From Leptospiraceae bacterium (GTDB lineage: Bacteria; Spirochaetota; Leptospiria; Leptospirales; Leptonemataceae): a stretch of DNA of 64,000 nucleotides. This document shows, in pieces, positions 63,568 through 64,000 of the stretch (within the stretch, counting starts at the first letter, position 1; the number at the start of each line of letters is the position of its first letter). The translations under genes and the position numbers were made by a program. The notes under the pieces are model-generated. The model searched no databases and was not told the DNA's origin. It saw nothing but the letters and a program-made list of their open reading frames with translations. The stretch lies in contig JANXCF010000005.1 in the NCBI GenBank assembly GCA_025059995.1, positions 124,006 to 188,005 of the forward strand, in the 5' to 3' direction.

Positions 63568-64000
63568 CTTTTCTTTGTCTGCGCAGTTTTTGATTCAAGC
63601 GGAAATTTGGAATGGCACTACATCCACCCCCGCAAAGGCTGATAAAATCGAAATCTTTGAGTTAACAGAAGAAGGCATCCAACTACGAAAAACAATCGAA
63701 GAACCCACATCGTATTTTGAATATCCGGTTTCAACTATCAATCCCTACATTATCCGAGCTCATTATCGAGATGAATTTTATGGCGAGATGATTTCCAATC
63801 AAGAGTTCCAACAAAAGAACATTAGAAAAAAAGTCTTTGTTTACGAAACAACGAAAGATCTTCAAGGATTGGATTTTCATTCAGGGTATCAAATCACAAA
63901 GTTTGACAAAAATTTAGAAATCCAAATGATTTACGTCATCAAAAATCAAACAAACCCTCCAAAAAGTATACTACCAAGCGAAGTGGAATTTTACTTACCA
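63536..64000 (+). CDS. exported hypothetical protein, 3'-truncated by the window edge
   Basis: GAGG SD then ATG 63536. Translation MKRILLIFLTNFSLSAQFLIQAEIWNGTTSTPAK... is open to base 64000. Signal-peptide-like N-terminus. No Cys in the visible part. Confidence 0.6.
   Translation, partial: MKRILLIFLTNFSLSAQFLIQAEIWNGTTSTPAKADKIEIFELTEEGIQLRKTIEEPTSYFEYPVSTINPYIIRAHYRDEFYGEMISNQEFQQKNIRKKVFVYETTKDLQGLDFHSGYQITKFDKNLEIQMIYVIKNQTNPPKSILPSEVEFYLP

Noticed and set aside
1-64000. Looked for CRISPR arrays, IS/transposase genes, reverse transcriptases, phage structural genes, rRNA and other structured RNAs in the longer spacers.
   Set aside because: No spacer exceeds about 250 nt, and none shows regularly spaced repeats or G/C-rich conserved-looking helices. 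No ORF translation shows DDE, RT (YxDD) or capsid/terminase-like motifs.

Overview
Visibly AT-rich, densely packed bacterial chromosome segment, about 65 protein genes and one tRNA. I saw no rRNA, CRISPR array, transposase or prophage genes. Most of it is housekeeping: kdsD, hldD, mpl, rplY, alaS, metE, lon, purH, purN, lexA, cysK, rho, glnA, an acyl-CoA dehydrogenase, and ccmE-ccmF. The rest is envelope-related: an OmpL1-like porin, two TonB-dependent receptors, many lipoproteins, LysM/M23 proteins, two bactofilins and LemA-TPM. The OmpL1-like protein, loose lipoboxes and bactofilin content suggest a spirochaete, possibly Leptospirales-like. That is inference from memory, not a search result. 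No classical mobile or defence island is evident. The items most worth follow-up: (1) an overlapping pair of divergent HTH-WYL-WCX-like regulators, arranged like PafB/PafC, in the most AT-rich patch at 6408-8562; (2) a variant System I cytochrome c maturation locus whose CcmE has a CxxxY motif in place of the haem-binding His, next to an enlarged CcmF; (3) a TPR/coiled-coil - bactofilin - LysM/M23 cluster upstream of rho; (4) an exported FMN-binding protein with an SGAT flavinylation-type motif, co-operonic with two small His-bearing membrane proteins; (5) a translationally coupled nucleotidyltransferase/HEPN pair lacking the RX4HXY toxin motif; (6) a five-gene outer-membrane operon; (7) a TonB receptor + beta-propeller lipoprotein pair. 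All functional calls rest on motifs I could read in the translations. None has been confirmed by a database search.
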